NCBI GenBank assembly: GCA_963695555.1
Contig: CAVOGR010000007.1
Span: 96,001-160,000 of the forward strand
Source: an uncultured Gemmatimonadales bacterium
GTDB lineage: Bacteria > Gemmatimonadota > Gemmatimonadetes > Gemmatimonadales > GWC2-71-9
DNA: 64,000 nucleotides
Reading direction: 5' to 3'
Part shown: piece after piece, positions 20,816 through 30,289 of the stretch
How the letters are laid out: each line of letters opens with the position of its first letter
Numbering within the stretch: the first letter of the stretch is position 1
Position numbers and translations under genes: made by a program
Notes under the pieces: model-generated
Databases searched by the model: none
What the model saw: the letters and a program-made list of their open reading frames with translations, nothing else
Told to the model about the DNA's origin: nothing

Positions 20816-20935
20816 AAGCCCCGACCCCACTCTGCCTCTCCCAGTCGGTAGTGGGTAGGCAGTAGGACGCTCGGAACGATGACCTACCCTCCTACTCACC
20901 CACGCCCCGGAAGCGGGAGGAGGGGTGGCGGCAAG

Positions 20936-21010
20936 GGTGGCTGACGGGGATCGAACCCGCAACCTCCGGAGCCACAGTCCGGCGCTCTAACCGATTGAGC
21001 TACAACCACC
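20936..21010 (-). tRNA. tRNA-His(GTG) with encoded G-1
   Basis: G-GTGGTTGTAGCTCAATCGGTTAGAGCGCCGGACTGTGGCTCCGG...GGTTCGATCCCCGTCAGCCAC-C. Confidence 0.96.
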
Positions 21011-21078
21011 ACGCACTCCGGTTCGGCCAAAAAGACCCCCCAGAGCCCGGTGAAGTTAAGGCCCGGCATCGGGTTGGG

Positions 21079-21711
21079 TCAAGGCCAAAATACCGCGACA
21101 ACACGCGCCAGATCAGGCGATTCGGGCACCGGCACCCCGTCCAACTCGGCCACCGGCACCACCCCGCGCGCGGCATTCGCCAGAAAGAGCGGCCGACCGT
21201 CGAGATACCCCCGCTCGACGTGCCGCTCCAAGAGCGGCCCCACCCGCTCGGCCAGGCGCGCCCGGGCCACACCCGGCAAGACCCCCAACGAGGACGCGGG
21301 ACACGCGATCCGATCCCCCTCCCACCAGAACACGCTCCAAATACACCCCTCGGCCACGTACCCCTCAGGCGTCAACAACAGCGCGTCATCCGCGCCGGCG
21401 GCCTTGGCTTCCGCGAAAGCCGCGTCGAATGCCGCACGAAGGGTGGTCTTGTCGGGATAGGGTTGATGGAGCGTGCGCGCGGTCACCAGTCGCACCGCTG
21501 CTGTGCTCCCCACCGGTCGTTCGCTGACCTCCACCTCGCTCGGCGAGACCTGGTATCGCACCACCCGATGGTCTCCTCCAACCGGCGGCGCCAGGTCCAC
21601 AGGAAACGGGATTGCCAACGCGGCACAGCTCCGCTCCAACCGCTCCACGTGATACGGCCAGAGCGGCGCCTGCCCGTGCTTGACCCGGACCGTCTCGATC
21701 AATGCGGTCAC
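21079..21711 (-). CDS. Aminotransferase class IV / aminodeoxychorismate lyase-like
   Basis: GTG 21711 overlaps the upstream stop (GTGA); 'LIETVRV', 'HVERLERS', 'DKTT', 'DDALLL..EGYVAEG', 'LPGVAR', 'FLANAARG'. Confidence 0.82.
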   Translation of the reverse strand: MTALIETVRVKHGQAPLWPYHVERLERSCAALAIPFPVDLAPPVGGDHRVVRYQVSPSEVEVSERPVGSTAAVRLVTARTLHQPYPDKTTLRAAFDAAFAEAKAAGADDALLLTPEGYVAEGCIWSVFWWEGDRIACPASSLGVLPGVARARLAERVGPLLERHVERGYLDGRPLFLANAARGVVPVAELDGVPVPESPDLARVVAVFWP

Positions 21712-22628
21712 GAGCGCACCGGTTCCGGCACGGCACGCGCACCGATCAGGGACTTCGTCACGGTCGCCAACACGATGATGGCCCCTCCCAGGAGCGGCCA
21801 GGCGCCGGGCCGCTCGCCGTGCCAAGCCCAAGCCCAGACCGGATTGAGCACCGGCTCGATCATGAGCACGATGGCGATCTCGACCGCCGACAGGTGGCGC
21901 GCCGCCGTGATCAGGAAGATGTACGCCACCGCAATCTGGAACACGCCGAGGTAGCCCACCACCATCCAATCCGCAGCCGAGCCCACGATCGGGAGTGCAG
22001 CCGGCAGGGTCACGAGGCAGGCGAACACGTTCCCCATCAGGATGGCTCCCGCAGCCGTCCCGCCGCGACTGTCTTTCCCTTCCCTGGCGCTCATCCACCG
22101 GAGCCCCATGATGGTGAGCGCAAAGGTCACGCCGCTCGTCGCGGCGAGGATGTTCCCGCGGAGCGGATCGGGCGCCGTCGCCATGGGCGCATCGACACCG
22201 ATGAAGAAGAGCGCAAAGCCCAGCGCCACGACGGCCATGAAGACCACGTCGCGCCGGCGGATCGGCTCGCGAAGGAGCAGCGGACTCAGCAACAGGACGT
22301 AGAGGGGATAGGTCGACTGCAGGAACACGGTGTTGGCTGCAGTGGTCAGTTTGTTCGACACCACGAACAGCACCATGGTGGCCCCGAACGCGACACCCAC
22401 CATGCTGGAGCGCCAGGTGATGCCACGACGCGCGGCCGGCAGAAGGAGCAGCAACGTCAGTGCAGCAAAGCCGGAGCGGAGCGACGCCACCTGCCACCCG
22501 GTGAGTGCCGTGGCCTTGATGGCGGCGCCACCGGTCGAGAACAAGACGGCGGTCGCGATCAACTGGAGGTGTGCCAGCCGGCGAACGGATCCGCTAGCCT
22601 GCTCCTGGCCCACCGCCGTGTCTGCCAT
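21708..22628 (-). CDS. EamA/DMT family transporter
   Basis: About 10 TM helices; 'LFSTGGAAIK', 'KLTTAANTVFLQST.P.YV', 'IEPVLNPVW'. Confidence 0.9.
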   Translation of the reverse strand: MADTAVGQEQASGSVRRLAHLQLIATAVLFSTGGAAIKATALTGWQVASLRSGFAALTLLLLLPAARRGITWRSSMVGVAFGATMVLFVVSNKLTTAANTVFLQSTYPLYVLLLSPLLLREPIRRRDVVFMAVVALGFALFFIGVDAPMATAPDPLRGNILAATSGVTFALTIMGLRWMSAREGKDSRGGTAAGAILMGNVFACLVTLPAALPIVGSAADWMVVGYLGVFQIAVAYIFLITAARHLSAVEIAIVLMIEPVLNPVWAWAWHGERPGAWPLLGGAIIVLATVTKSLIGARAVPEPVRS

Positions 22629-22631
22629 CGG

Positions 22632-23801
22632 CTACTCCTCGGTGAGCGCCTCGTAGATTCCCGCGACCCACGGCTCGGGAAAGCCTCTGGCCTTGCCCAT
22701 CGCCCTGGTCTGCTCGACGGTCTTGTCGGCGCTCACTGCCATGCGGACGAAGTCGATCAGCTCGAGGGTGGCTTGATAGGACGCGTTGAGCGACGCTGCC
22801 GGCGTCACCGGACCGTGACCCGCGATGACCTTGGTGTCGGGTGTGAGCGTCGCGAGCAGGCTGTCCATCGTGGCCACATACGCATCGACCTGCTTCCCGG
22901 GCCAGATGTACGGCGAGGCCAACGCGAAGTAGCGGTCGCCCATATGGAGCACGTTCGATCCCTCGAAGCGCACGACGAGGTCGCCTTCAGTATGGCCTGG
23001 GAGCGGGAACACGTGCACCGTCTCGCCGTTGAATTCGATGGAGACGGGGTTCTCGATTAGAAGGGTCGGCAGGGAGTGGCCGGTGTGCGGGGGCACCACG
23101 ACGCCTTCGATAAAAGTCTGCGGCTCGAGCAGGGCCTCGCGCGTCTTGGGATGCGCCATGACCGCCGCCGCCGCGCCGAGCGTGGCATTACCACCGACGT
23201 GATCCTCGTGATAGTGGGTGTTGATCACGTAGCGAATTGGAGCCTTCGTAATGCCGCCGAGCGCGCGGAGGATGGCCGGCGCGGCCAGCGAATAGCCCGC
23301 GTCCACCAGCAGGACTCCGTCCGGGCCGACCTGGGCCGCGATCTGACAGCCGGCCCCCTCGAGCAGGTACACGTTGCCCTGCACGTGGGTCGCGGTGACC
23401 TCGAGCGTGTCCACCCGTCGCATGATGTCTTTGAACGACTTGCTCCAACGCACCGGGTCGAACGCCGCATCGTAGGCTGTGTAGTAGACCATCAGCCCTT
23501 CGATCCGGTCGAGCAGCATCTGGGACAGCCACCGGGCGGCCGACAGGCTGTCGCCGGTCATGGCGTAGGCACGGGCCAGGTGGTACTGGACGAACGGGCG
23601 GTTCAAGTGCCGGGCCGGGAGGAACGGATAGGCCTCTCCGAGCGCCGTGGTGTAACCCGCGGTGTCGTCAGCGGCCAGGGCGCTCATGGCCTGCTCGAAG
23701 TGAGCCCGGAATCGATCCAGGTTGCCATCCTGGGCCTGTGCTGGCCCGGCCAGCAACCCCAAGACGCACACCACATGGACCGACCGCGGGACCCGTCGCA
23801 T
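22632..23801 (-). CDS. Secreted metallo-beta-lactamase-fold hydrolase with N-terminal TPR-like region
   Basis: ATG 23801 with GGAGGA; signal peptide; 'INTHYHEDHVGGN', 'GHTEGD', 'HMGD', 'IAGHG'. Confidence 0.85.
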   Translation of the reverse strand: MRRVPRSVHVVCVLGLLAGPAQAQDGNLDRFRAHFEQAMSALAADDTAGYTTALGEAYPFLPARHLNRPFVQYHLARAYAMTGDSLSAARWLSQMLLDRIEGLMVYYTAYDAAFDPVRWSKSFKDIMRRVDTLEVTATHVQGNVYLLEGAGCQIAAQVGPDGVLLVDAGYSLAAPAILRALGGITKAPIRYVINTHYHEDHVGGNATLGAAAAVMAHPKTREALLEPQTFIEGVVVPPHTGHSLPTLLIENPVSIEFNGETVHVFPLPGHTEGDLVVRFEGSNVLHMGDRYFALASPYIWPGKQVDAYVATMDSLLATLTPDTKVIAGHGPVTPAASLNASYQATLELIDFVRMAVSADKTVEQTRAMGKARGFPEPWVAGIYEALTEE

Positions 23802-23809
23802 GACTCCTC

Positions 23810-24310
23810 CTACCACAGCGGTACCTTGGGCCACTTCCGCGCCAGGTACTGGTCCACCCCCAGCATGCGCCCCCCGGCGCCGAGCATCAGCACCAGGGCG
23901 ATGAACATCATGGGAGCGTCGTTACTCGACGGCTGCCAGAGCGTGGCACCCTTAGTGAGCAGGTAGCCGCCGAGCATGAGAATGACCGCGGCGGACGTGA
24001 GCCGAGTCGCGGTGCCGGTGATCAGGGCCAGCCCGGCCAGGAGCTCGCCCCAGCTGACCAAACCAGCGAAGAAGCCGGCATGCGGCAGCACGACACCCTG
24101 GAGGAATCCCTGGAAGAAACCGTAGCCGCGCTCGAGGCCAACGTTCTCGACGAAGCCGACCAGGCGTGGGGTGAAGCTCCCCTCGCCTGAGAGCTTGGCC
24201 CAGCCGGCCACCAGCATGACGACGCCCAGGTAGACTCGCAGGACCACGAGCAGTCCTCGGCTCACCGTTTGTTGTAGCGCGTGCGATCGGGGTCCCGGAT
24301 AATCGGTCAT
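23810..24310 (-). CDS. DoxX family membrane protein
   Basis: 'LRVYLGVVMLVAGWAKL', 'WGELLAGLALITG..TR', 'GAGGRMLGVD'. Confidence 0.88.
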   Translation of the reverse strand: MTDYPGPRSHALQQTVSRGLLVVLRVYLGVVMLVAGWAKLSGEGSFTPRLVGFVENVGLERGYGFFQGFLQGVVLPHAGFFAGLVSWGELLAGLALITGTATRLTSAAVILMLGGYLLTKGATLWQPSSNDAPMMFIALVLMLGAGGRMLGVDQYLARKWPKVPLW

Positions 24311-24586
24311 GCAACGCTCCTTCGGCGTCGTTGGTTGAGAGTTCAGGTACTGGACGGCCCACCTAGAGGGACGGGCAGACGCGGGTCTCGTTGCACCGCG
24401 GACCGCGCCGACCGGCTCCTAATATAGGCTCCTGGCGAACAACCGGAGCCGTGGAAGCGGGAAGATTGTAAGGCTGCGGCTTGGCGGTTCGGCGGTTGGA
24501 GCATATGATGTTCGAACCGCCCATCCGACCAACCGCTGAGCGGTCAGCCGTTAGCCGATAGCGCTCGCCCACATCCGGGACACTGC

Positions 24587-25777
24587 ATGCAAAATCCTAC
24601 CGCCCTCCTGTCCGACCCGATGCTGGTCTTTGCGTACCTTGGCGGTCTTCTGGCCATCATCTTCTGGGTGAGCGGAATTCCGGCGCTCGAGAAGTTCTTC
24701 ACCGTCGTCCCGCCGCTCATCTTCGCCTATTTCGTCCCGACCATCTCGACCGCGCTCGGCATCACGCCCATCGCGTCGCCGGCCTACGACTGGATCATCC
24801 GGTTCCTCCTGCCGGTGGCGCTCTTTCTTCTGGTCATTACCATCGATGTCCGGGCCCTGGCCAAGATGGGATGGATGGCACTGGTCATGATGCTGGCCGG
24901 CACGGTGGGCATCATCATCGGCGGGCCGGTGGCGTTTCTGGCCGTCGGGCACTGGCTGCCGGACCAGGCCTGGACCGGCCTGGCCGCGCTCTCGGGCAGC
25001 TGGATCGGTGGCGCGGCCAACATGATGGCGATCGCCCAGAGCGTGGGCACGCCGGATTCGATCCTGGGCCCGATCATCGTGGTCGATACCGCGGTGGGCT
25101 ACGGGTGGATGGGCGTGTTGCTGTTCCTCAGCGCGTTCCAGCACCGATTCGACCGCTGGAGCGGCGCCAACACCACGGCCATCGAGGAGACCAACGCCCA
25201 CATGCGTGAGCTCGAGTCCCATCGTCACCCGATCGAGGTGAAGGATCTGGCCATCACCATCGGTCTGGCCTTCGCCGGCGCGGTGGCCGCGGTGTACGCC
25301 GGTCAAAGAATGCCTGATCTGGGCGACCCCACCATCATCAGCAAAACCACCTGGGCCGTCCTATTCGTGGTGACCGGAGCGCTCATGCTTTCATTCACTC
25401 CGGTGCGGAAGCTGGAAGAGGCGGGTGCGTCGAAGCTGGGATTCATGGCACTCTACTTCCTGATCGCGGCGATTGGCGCGAGAGCCGATCTTCATGCCGT
25501 GCTCCAGACCCCGATGTTCCTCCTCGCCGGCATGATCTGGATGGCCGTGCACATTGCCGTCCTGTTCAGCGTCGCGCGCCTGGTCCGCGCCCCGCTCTTT
25601 TTCATCGCCACCGGCAGCATGGCCAACATCGGCGGCGCGGCCAGCGCCCCGATCGTGGCCGGCGTCTATCATCCGGCCCTCGCCCCGGTGGGCGTGTTGA
25701 TGGGCGTCTCGGGTTACATCCTCGGCATCTACGGCGCCCTTGGCTGCGCCTGGATCCTCGGGCAGCTCGGCGGCTAG
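24587..25777 (+). CDS. DUF819 family membrane protein
   Basis: Polytopic; 'LSGSWIGGAANM', 'GSMANIGGAASAPIVA', 'GYILGIYG'. Confidence 0.85.
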   Translation: MQNPTALLSDPMLVFAYLGGLLAIIFWVSGIPALEKFFTVVPPLIFAYFVPTISTALGITPIASPAYDWIIRFLLPVALFLLVITIDVRALAKMGWMALVMMLAGTVGIIIGGPVAFLAVGHWLPDQAWTGLAALSGSWIGGAANMMAIAQSVGTPDSILGPIIVVDTAVGYGWMGVLLFLSAFQHRFDRWSGANTTAIEETNAHMRELESHRHPIEVKDLAITIGLAFAGAVAAVYAGQRMPDLGDPTIISKTTWAVLFVVTGALMLSFTPVRKLEEAGASKLGFMALYFLIAAIGARADLHAVLQTPMFLLAGMIWMAVHIAVLFSVARLVRAPLFFIATGSMANIGGAASAPIVAGVYHPALAPVGVLMGVSGYILGIYGALGCAWILGQLGG

Positions 25778-25850
25778 CCGGGTTGCCTCAGACGCCCGCC
25801 GCGCCGACAATTCGGAACGAGAGGGCATCAACCGAGTCCGGGAGCCGTCC

Positions 25851-28034
25851 GTGAACCGTCGCGAAGGCCTGGCCAAACTCACCGGCCGCGAACGATACGT
25901 CGACGACTTGAAAGTCGAGGACTGTCTTTGGGGCATGACGGTCCGGAGTCCGGCCCCGCGCGGGCGCATTCGCGAAGTCCGGTTCGGGCCAGGGGTCGAT
26001 TGGTCGGAGTTCGTGGTGGTGGACCATCGAGACATCCCCGGCCCCAACGTGGTCAAGCTGATCGAGTCCGACCAGCCGGTCCTCGCGAGCGACTACGTAC
26101 GGCACATACACGAGCCGGTCTTGCTCCTCGCCCACCCTTCCCGCCGCATGGTCCGTCTGGCGGTTCGTGAAGTCGAGATCGTGATCGACCCCGACCCGCC
26201 CGTGCTGGATTTCCGCCTGACTCCTCGCGCCGATCAGATCCAATACAAGAGTGACAACGTCCTGAAGCATCTTCGGATCGAGAAGGGCGACGTCGCGCGC
26301 GCCTTGGCCGAAGCGCCCATCGTGGTCGAGGGCGTGTACGAAACCGGAGCCCAAGAGCACGTCTATCTCGAGCCGCAGGGGATGCTGGCCTACGTGGATG
26401 GCGACGTCTTGGTGATCAAGGGGTCACTGCAGTGCCCCTACTACGTGCTCGACGCGATGACGCATGCGCTCGCCCGTGACCAGCACCGTGTCCGGGTGGT
26501 CCACGCGCCCACCGGCGGCGGGTTCGGCGGCAAGGAGGAGTTCCCGTCGGCCGTCGCCCTACACGCGGGCCTCTTGGCGCTCAAGAGCGGACGCCCGGTC
26601 AAGGTGATCTACGACCGAGCGGAGGACATGGCGGCCACCACCAAGCGGCACCCCGCGCGGGTGCGCCACCGCACCGGCGTCGACCGCGATGGGCGGCTCC
26701 TGGCCCAGGACATCGAAGTGGTGATCGACGGCGGCGCCTACGTGACGCTGTCGCCCGTGGTGTTGAGCCGCTCCATCATCCACGCCGCCGGACCGTATCA
26801 CGCGGAGCACGTGCGGATCGACGGCCGGGCCATGTTCACCAACGCGGTCCCGTTCGGCGCCTTCCGCGGGTTCGGCGCGCCGCAGTCGCAGTTCGCTGTC
26901 GAGCGGCATATGGACGTCATCGCCGAGCGGCTGGGGATCGACCCGATCGAGCTCCGGCGGCGAAACCTGATTCGTGACGGCCAGACGACCGCGACCGGCC
27001 AAGTGGTCCGCGACGGAGTCGATCGGGTGGCCGTGCTGGATCGCGCGCTGGAGCTGTCGCAGTACCGGCGGAAGCAAGCCGGCTATGCCGCGTTCAACGC
27101 CGGCCATCCGACGCTCCGGCGCGGCATCGGGCTCGCTACGTTCTACCACGGCGCCGGCTTCACCGGTGCGGGCGAGGTGTACCTCAACTCCAAGGTCCAG
27201 GTGGCCGGCCTGCCCGACGGCCGGGTCGAGGTGCTGACCGCGTACACCGAGATGGGTCAGGGCCAGATCACCGTGTTTACCCAACTCGCGTCGGACCGGC
27301 TGGGGTACATCCCGGATGACGTGATCATCGCCGCACCCGACACGGCGCGCGTGCCCAACAGCGGCCCCACCGTCGCCTCGCGCACGGCGATGATCGTGGG
27401 CCACCTGGTGGAGCACGCCTGCGACGACCTCCGCCAGCAGGTGAGCGAAGCCACGGCACGCGGAGACTACTTGAAGCGCGCGATCGCGGCCTGGCACGAG
27501 CAGCATCCCGGTCAGTCGCTGATCGGCGAGGCCGTGTACCAGCCGCCGCCCGGCATTGTGTGGGACGAAGAGCACTACCGCGGCGACGCCTATGGGACGT
27601 TCGCGTGGGCCACCTACGTCGCCGAGGTCGAGATCGATCTTCGGACCTACATCGCCCGGGTCATCGATTTCGTGGCGGTGCAGGAAGTCGGCAAGGTGCT
27701 GAATGAGACGCTTGCGCGCGGACAGATTCAGGGCGGCGTGGCCCAGGCCATCGGCTGGGCGCTCATGGAAGAGTGCAAGTGGAACGATGGCGCCATGCAG
27801 AATGGCCAGCTCACCAACTACATCATTCCGACCAGCGGCGACATTCCGCCTATTCGCGTCGACTTTCTCGAGGAGCCCTATCGGTACGGCGCGCAGGGTG
27901 CCAAGGGCATCGGCGAGCTGCCGATGGACGGCCCCGCACCGGCCATCGTGAACGCGGTGGCGCATGCGACCGGCGCCGATCCGCGGTCAATTCCGCTCAC
28001 CCCCGAGCGGTTGATGGAGGCCATGTCTGCATGA
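25851..28034 (+). CDS. Xanthine dehydrogenase family molybdopterin-binding subunit
   Basis: 'KLTGRERYVDD', 'QEHVYLEP', 'GGGFGGKE', 'AFRGFGAPQ', 'EMGQG', 'TVASR', 'GQIQGG', 'AKGIGE'. Start uncertain. Confidence 0.92.
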   Translation: MNRREGLAKLTGRERYVDDLKVEDCLWGMTVRSPAPRGRIREVRFGPGVDWSEFVVVDHRDIPGPNVVKLIESDQPVLASDYVRHIHEPVLLLAHPSRRMVRLAVREVEIVIDPDPPVLDFRLTPRADQIQYKSDNVLKHLRIEKGDVARALAEAPIVVEGVYETGAQEHVYLEPQGMLAYVDGDVLVIKGSLQCPYYVLDAMTHALARDQHRVRVVHAPTGGGFGGKEEFPSAVALHAGLLALKSGRPVKVIYDRAEDMAATTKRHPARVRHRTGVDRDGRLLAQDIEVVIDGGAYVTLSPVVLSRSIIHAAGPYHAEHVRIDGRAMFTNAVPFGAFRGFGAPQSQFAVERHMDVIAERLGIDPIELRRRNLIRDGQTTATGQVVRDGVDRVAVLDRALELSQYRRKQAGYAAFNAGHPTLRRGIGLATFYHGAGFTGAGEVYLNSKVQVAGLPDGRVEVLTAYTEMGQGQITVFTQLASDRLGYIPDDVIIAAPDTARVPNSGPTVASRTAMIVGHLVEHACDDLRQQVSEATARGDYLKRAIAAWHEQHPGQSLIGEAVYQPPPGIVWDEEHYRGDAYGTFAWATYVAEVEIDLRTYIARVIDFVAVQEVGKVLNETLARGQIQGGVAQAIGWALMEECKWNDGAMQNGQLTNYIIPTSGDIPPIRVDFLEEPYRYGAQGAKGIGELPMDGPAPAIVNAVAHATGADPRSIPLTPERLMEAMSA

Positions 28035-28520
28035 GCGACTCCGTCCGCACAACCGCGTATCCGCATCGAATTCGTGCTGAACGGCACACCGGTTCCGCTA
28101 CCGTCTCACCGACCGACCGCCTGCTCGACATGCTGCGCTGCCAACTCGCTCTGCCGGGCACCAAGGAAGGCTGCGGCGAGGGCGAGTGCGGCGCCTGCAC
28201 GGTCTACCTCGACGGACTACCGGTCAACTCGTGCCTGGTGCCGGCGTTCCAGGTGCGCGGGTCGCGGGTCGAGACGGTCGAGTCGCTCGATCCGGCCGGC
28301 GCCTCCGAGCCACTGCTCGAGACGCGGCGCGACCCAGTGCGGCGCCTGCACGCCCGGGGTCGTCATGACCGCCTGCTGGATTCGCGGCACATCCGGAGCT
28401 GCTGCGAGACCCACACCGTGCGCGAGCTGATGGCGGGCAACCTCTGCCGCTGCACCGGCTACGACGGCATCATCGACGGGCGTCGAGGCGGCTCTCGAGC
28501 CGGCCGGGGAGCCGCATCGT
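28031..28520 (+). CDS. (2Fe-2S) subunit of the XDH-family enzyme (multiple frameshifts; end approximate)
   Basis: ATGA coupling to the upstream gene; 'GTKEGCGEGECGACTV', 'QCGACTPG', 'GNLCRCTGY' spread over different frames. Confidence 0.85.
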
Positions 28521-28531
28521 GCGACGTCCTG

Positions 28532-29354
28532 ATGCCGGACAGCCTGGCGGAGGCCTGCGCGCTGCTGGCCGAGGCGCCCGATGCCGTGCCCGATGGCCGG
28601 CGGGACCGACCTGCTGCGTCCACTGGCCGCATGCGGCTGGACGACCATGAGCGGACGTACCTCGACCTGTCGGGCTTGCGACGAGCTGAAGCCCATCCGC
28701 TGGACCGACGGACGAGCTCGTGCTCGGCGCGCTCACCACCTACTGGGACGTGATCCGCGATCAGCGGGTCGGCGAGGAGTTCCCGCTGCTGGGCGAGGCC
28801 GCCCGGCAGGTCGGCGCGATCCAGATCCAGACCCGCGGCACCTGGGCCGGCAACATCGTGAACGCCTCGCCGGCGGCGGACGGCGTCCCGGTGCTCATGG
28901 CCTACGACGCGATCGTCGTGCTTCAAGGGCGGGACGGGCGGAAGAGGTGCCCCTCTCTTCCTTTTATACCGGCTACAAGGAGATGCGGCGCCGGCCGGAT
29001 CAACTGGTGAGCGCCATCCGCGTGCCGCGGCGTCCCTACGCGTTTCAGATGTTCGAGAAGGTCGGCTCTCGGGCGGCGCAGGCCATCACCAAGGTCGGTG
29101 TCGCTGTGACCCACTCGGCGGCAGGCTGGCGGGTGGTGGCCAACAGCATGGCGCCCACCGTGTGTCGTTGCCCGGCCTTGGAGTCATTGCTCGAGCTCGA
29201 GATGCTGGTGACCTCGCCGGAGGACCTGGTACCCTCGATTCGAAAGGACGTGGCCCCGATCGACGACATCCGCTCGACGGCCCGCTACCGCGAGACCGTC
29301 ATGGCGCGGGTGCTGTACTATGGGCTGCGAGGGACTTGCGCTTCGTTCCAGTAG
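28532..29354 (+). CDS. FAD-binding subunit of the XDH-family enzyme (multiple frameshifts; start approximate)
   Basis: 'PDSLAEA', 'AGGTDL', 'LGALTT', 'QIQTRGTWAGNIVNASPAAD', 'APIDDIRSTARYR'. Confidence 0.82.
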
Positions 29355-30126
29355 CCAGCACCACCATCCCACCTGCGATCAATAGCAGACACATCCACTG
29401 CGACGTCGAGAGCAGATCGTTTGCTGCGGCGCCTCCCCCAGCCGGATCGCGCAGGAACTCCCAGGGAAAGCGGGTGGCGCCGTAGATCAGCAGGAACGAC
29501 CCAAAGGTGACGCCGGGCCGGTCGCGCCAGCGCCGCCAGATCGCGGTCACGATCAGGAACACCACCAGACCGTTCACCAACAGGTACAGCTGGAACGGAT
29601 GGACCGCGAGCGACGCCTCGGCGGTGGGTGGGAGTAGTCCGGCAGCGACGTGGGCCTGATACGGCAGGCTCCCGGCTGGAAACTGCACCGCCCACGCCAC
29701 GTCGCTCACCCTCCCGAAGTCATCCCCTTTGAGGAAGCAGCTCCACCGCGCGATGAACGGCCCGAGCGCCACCACCGACCCGGCCGTGTCCAGATACGGC
29801 CAGACTGGAATTCGGCTGAACCCGGTGTAGACCACGGTCCCGATGATCCCGCCGAGGTAGGCGCCCCAGGAGGCGGTGCCGCGGGAGAGGTTGAACCAGG
29901 AGGGAACATCGAGCCGGAGGACGTCGCCCGTGGTGATCAGGTAGAAGAGCCGGGTGCCGATGACTGCGCCGACAGCGGCCGAGAGCACGATCTCGAGCGC
30001 CCGCTGGTGGTCGAGGCCGGCGATCCTCGCGCGGCGGAGAAACACAAACGTCAGGATCACCAAGGCGATCCCGTACATGAGGCCCGGCCGGGGCACCAGC
30101 TGGGCGAGCCAGTCGAAGTCCGGCAC
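29299..30126 (-). CDS. lgt: Prolipoprotein diacylglyceryl transferase family protein
   Basis: 'IGTRLFY', 'GTASWGAYLGG', 'ARWSCFLKGDDFG', 'HPFQLY', 'RFPWEFLRD', 'SQW'. True start may be ATG 30157 if there is a frameshift. Confidence 0.82.
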   Translation of the reverse strand: MPDFDWLAQLVPRPGLMYGIALVILTFVFLRRARIAGLDHQRALEIVLSAAVGAVIGTRLFYLITTGDVLRLDVPSWFNLSRGTASWGAYLGGIIGTVVYTGFSRIPVWPYLDTAGSVVALGPFIARWSCFLKGDDFGRVSDVAWAVQFPAGSLPYQAHVAAGLLPPTAEASLAVHPFQLYLLVNGLVVFLIVTAIWRRWRDRPGVTFGSFLLIYGATRFPWEFLRDPAGGGAAANDLLSTSQWMCLLLIAGGMVVLATGTKRKSLAAHSTAPAP

Positions 30127-30289
30127 CTTCCAGATATTGCATGATGGTCGGGCGCATGGTACGTCAGCTCCCAGGGGCGCTCACTGCCTATCCTAGCGCG
30201 CCTTGGCGACTCATGGATAGGTTGTCACGGAATGATGACCTGGCTTGCCGCCAAGGTACACCGTGGTCGTCAAAAATACAGCAAGGCCA

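Noticed and set aside
22632..23801. Antibiotic-resistance metallo-beta-lactamase
   Set aside because: The HxHxDH motif shows the fold only; nothing specific for beta-lactam hydrolysis.
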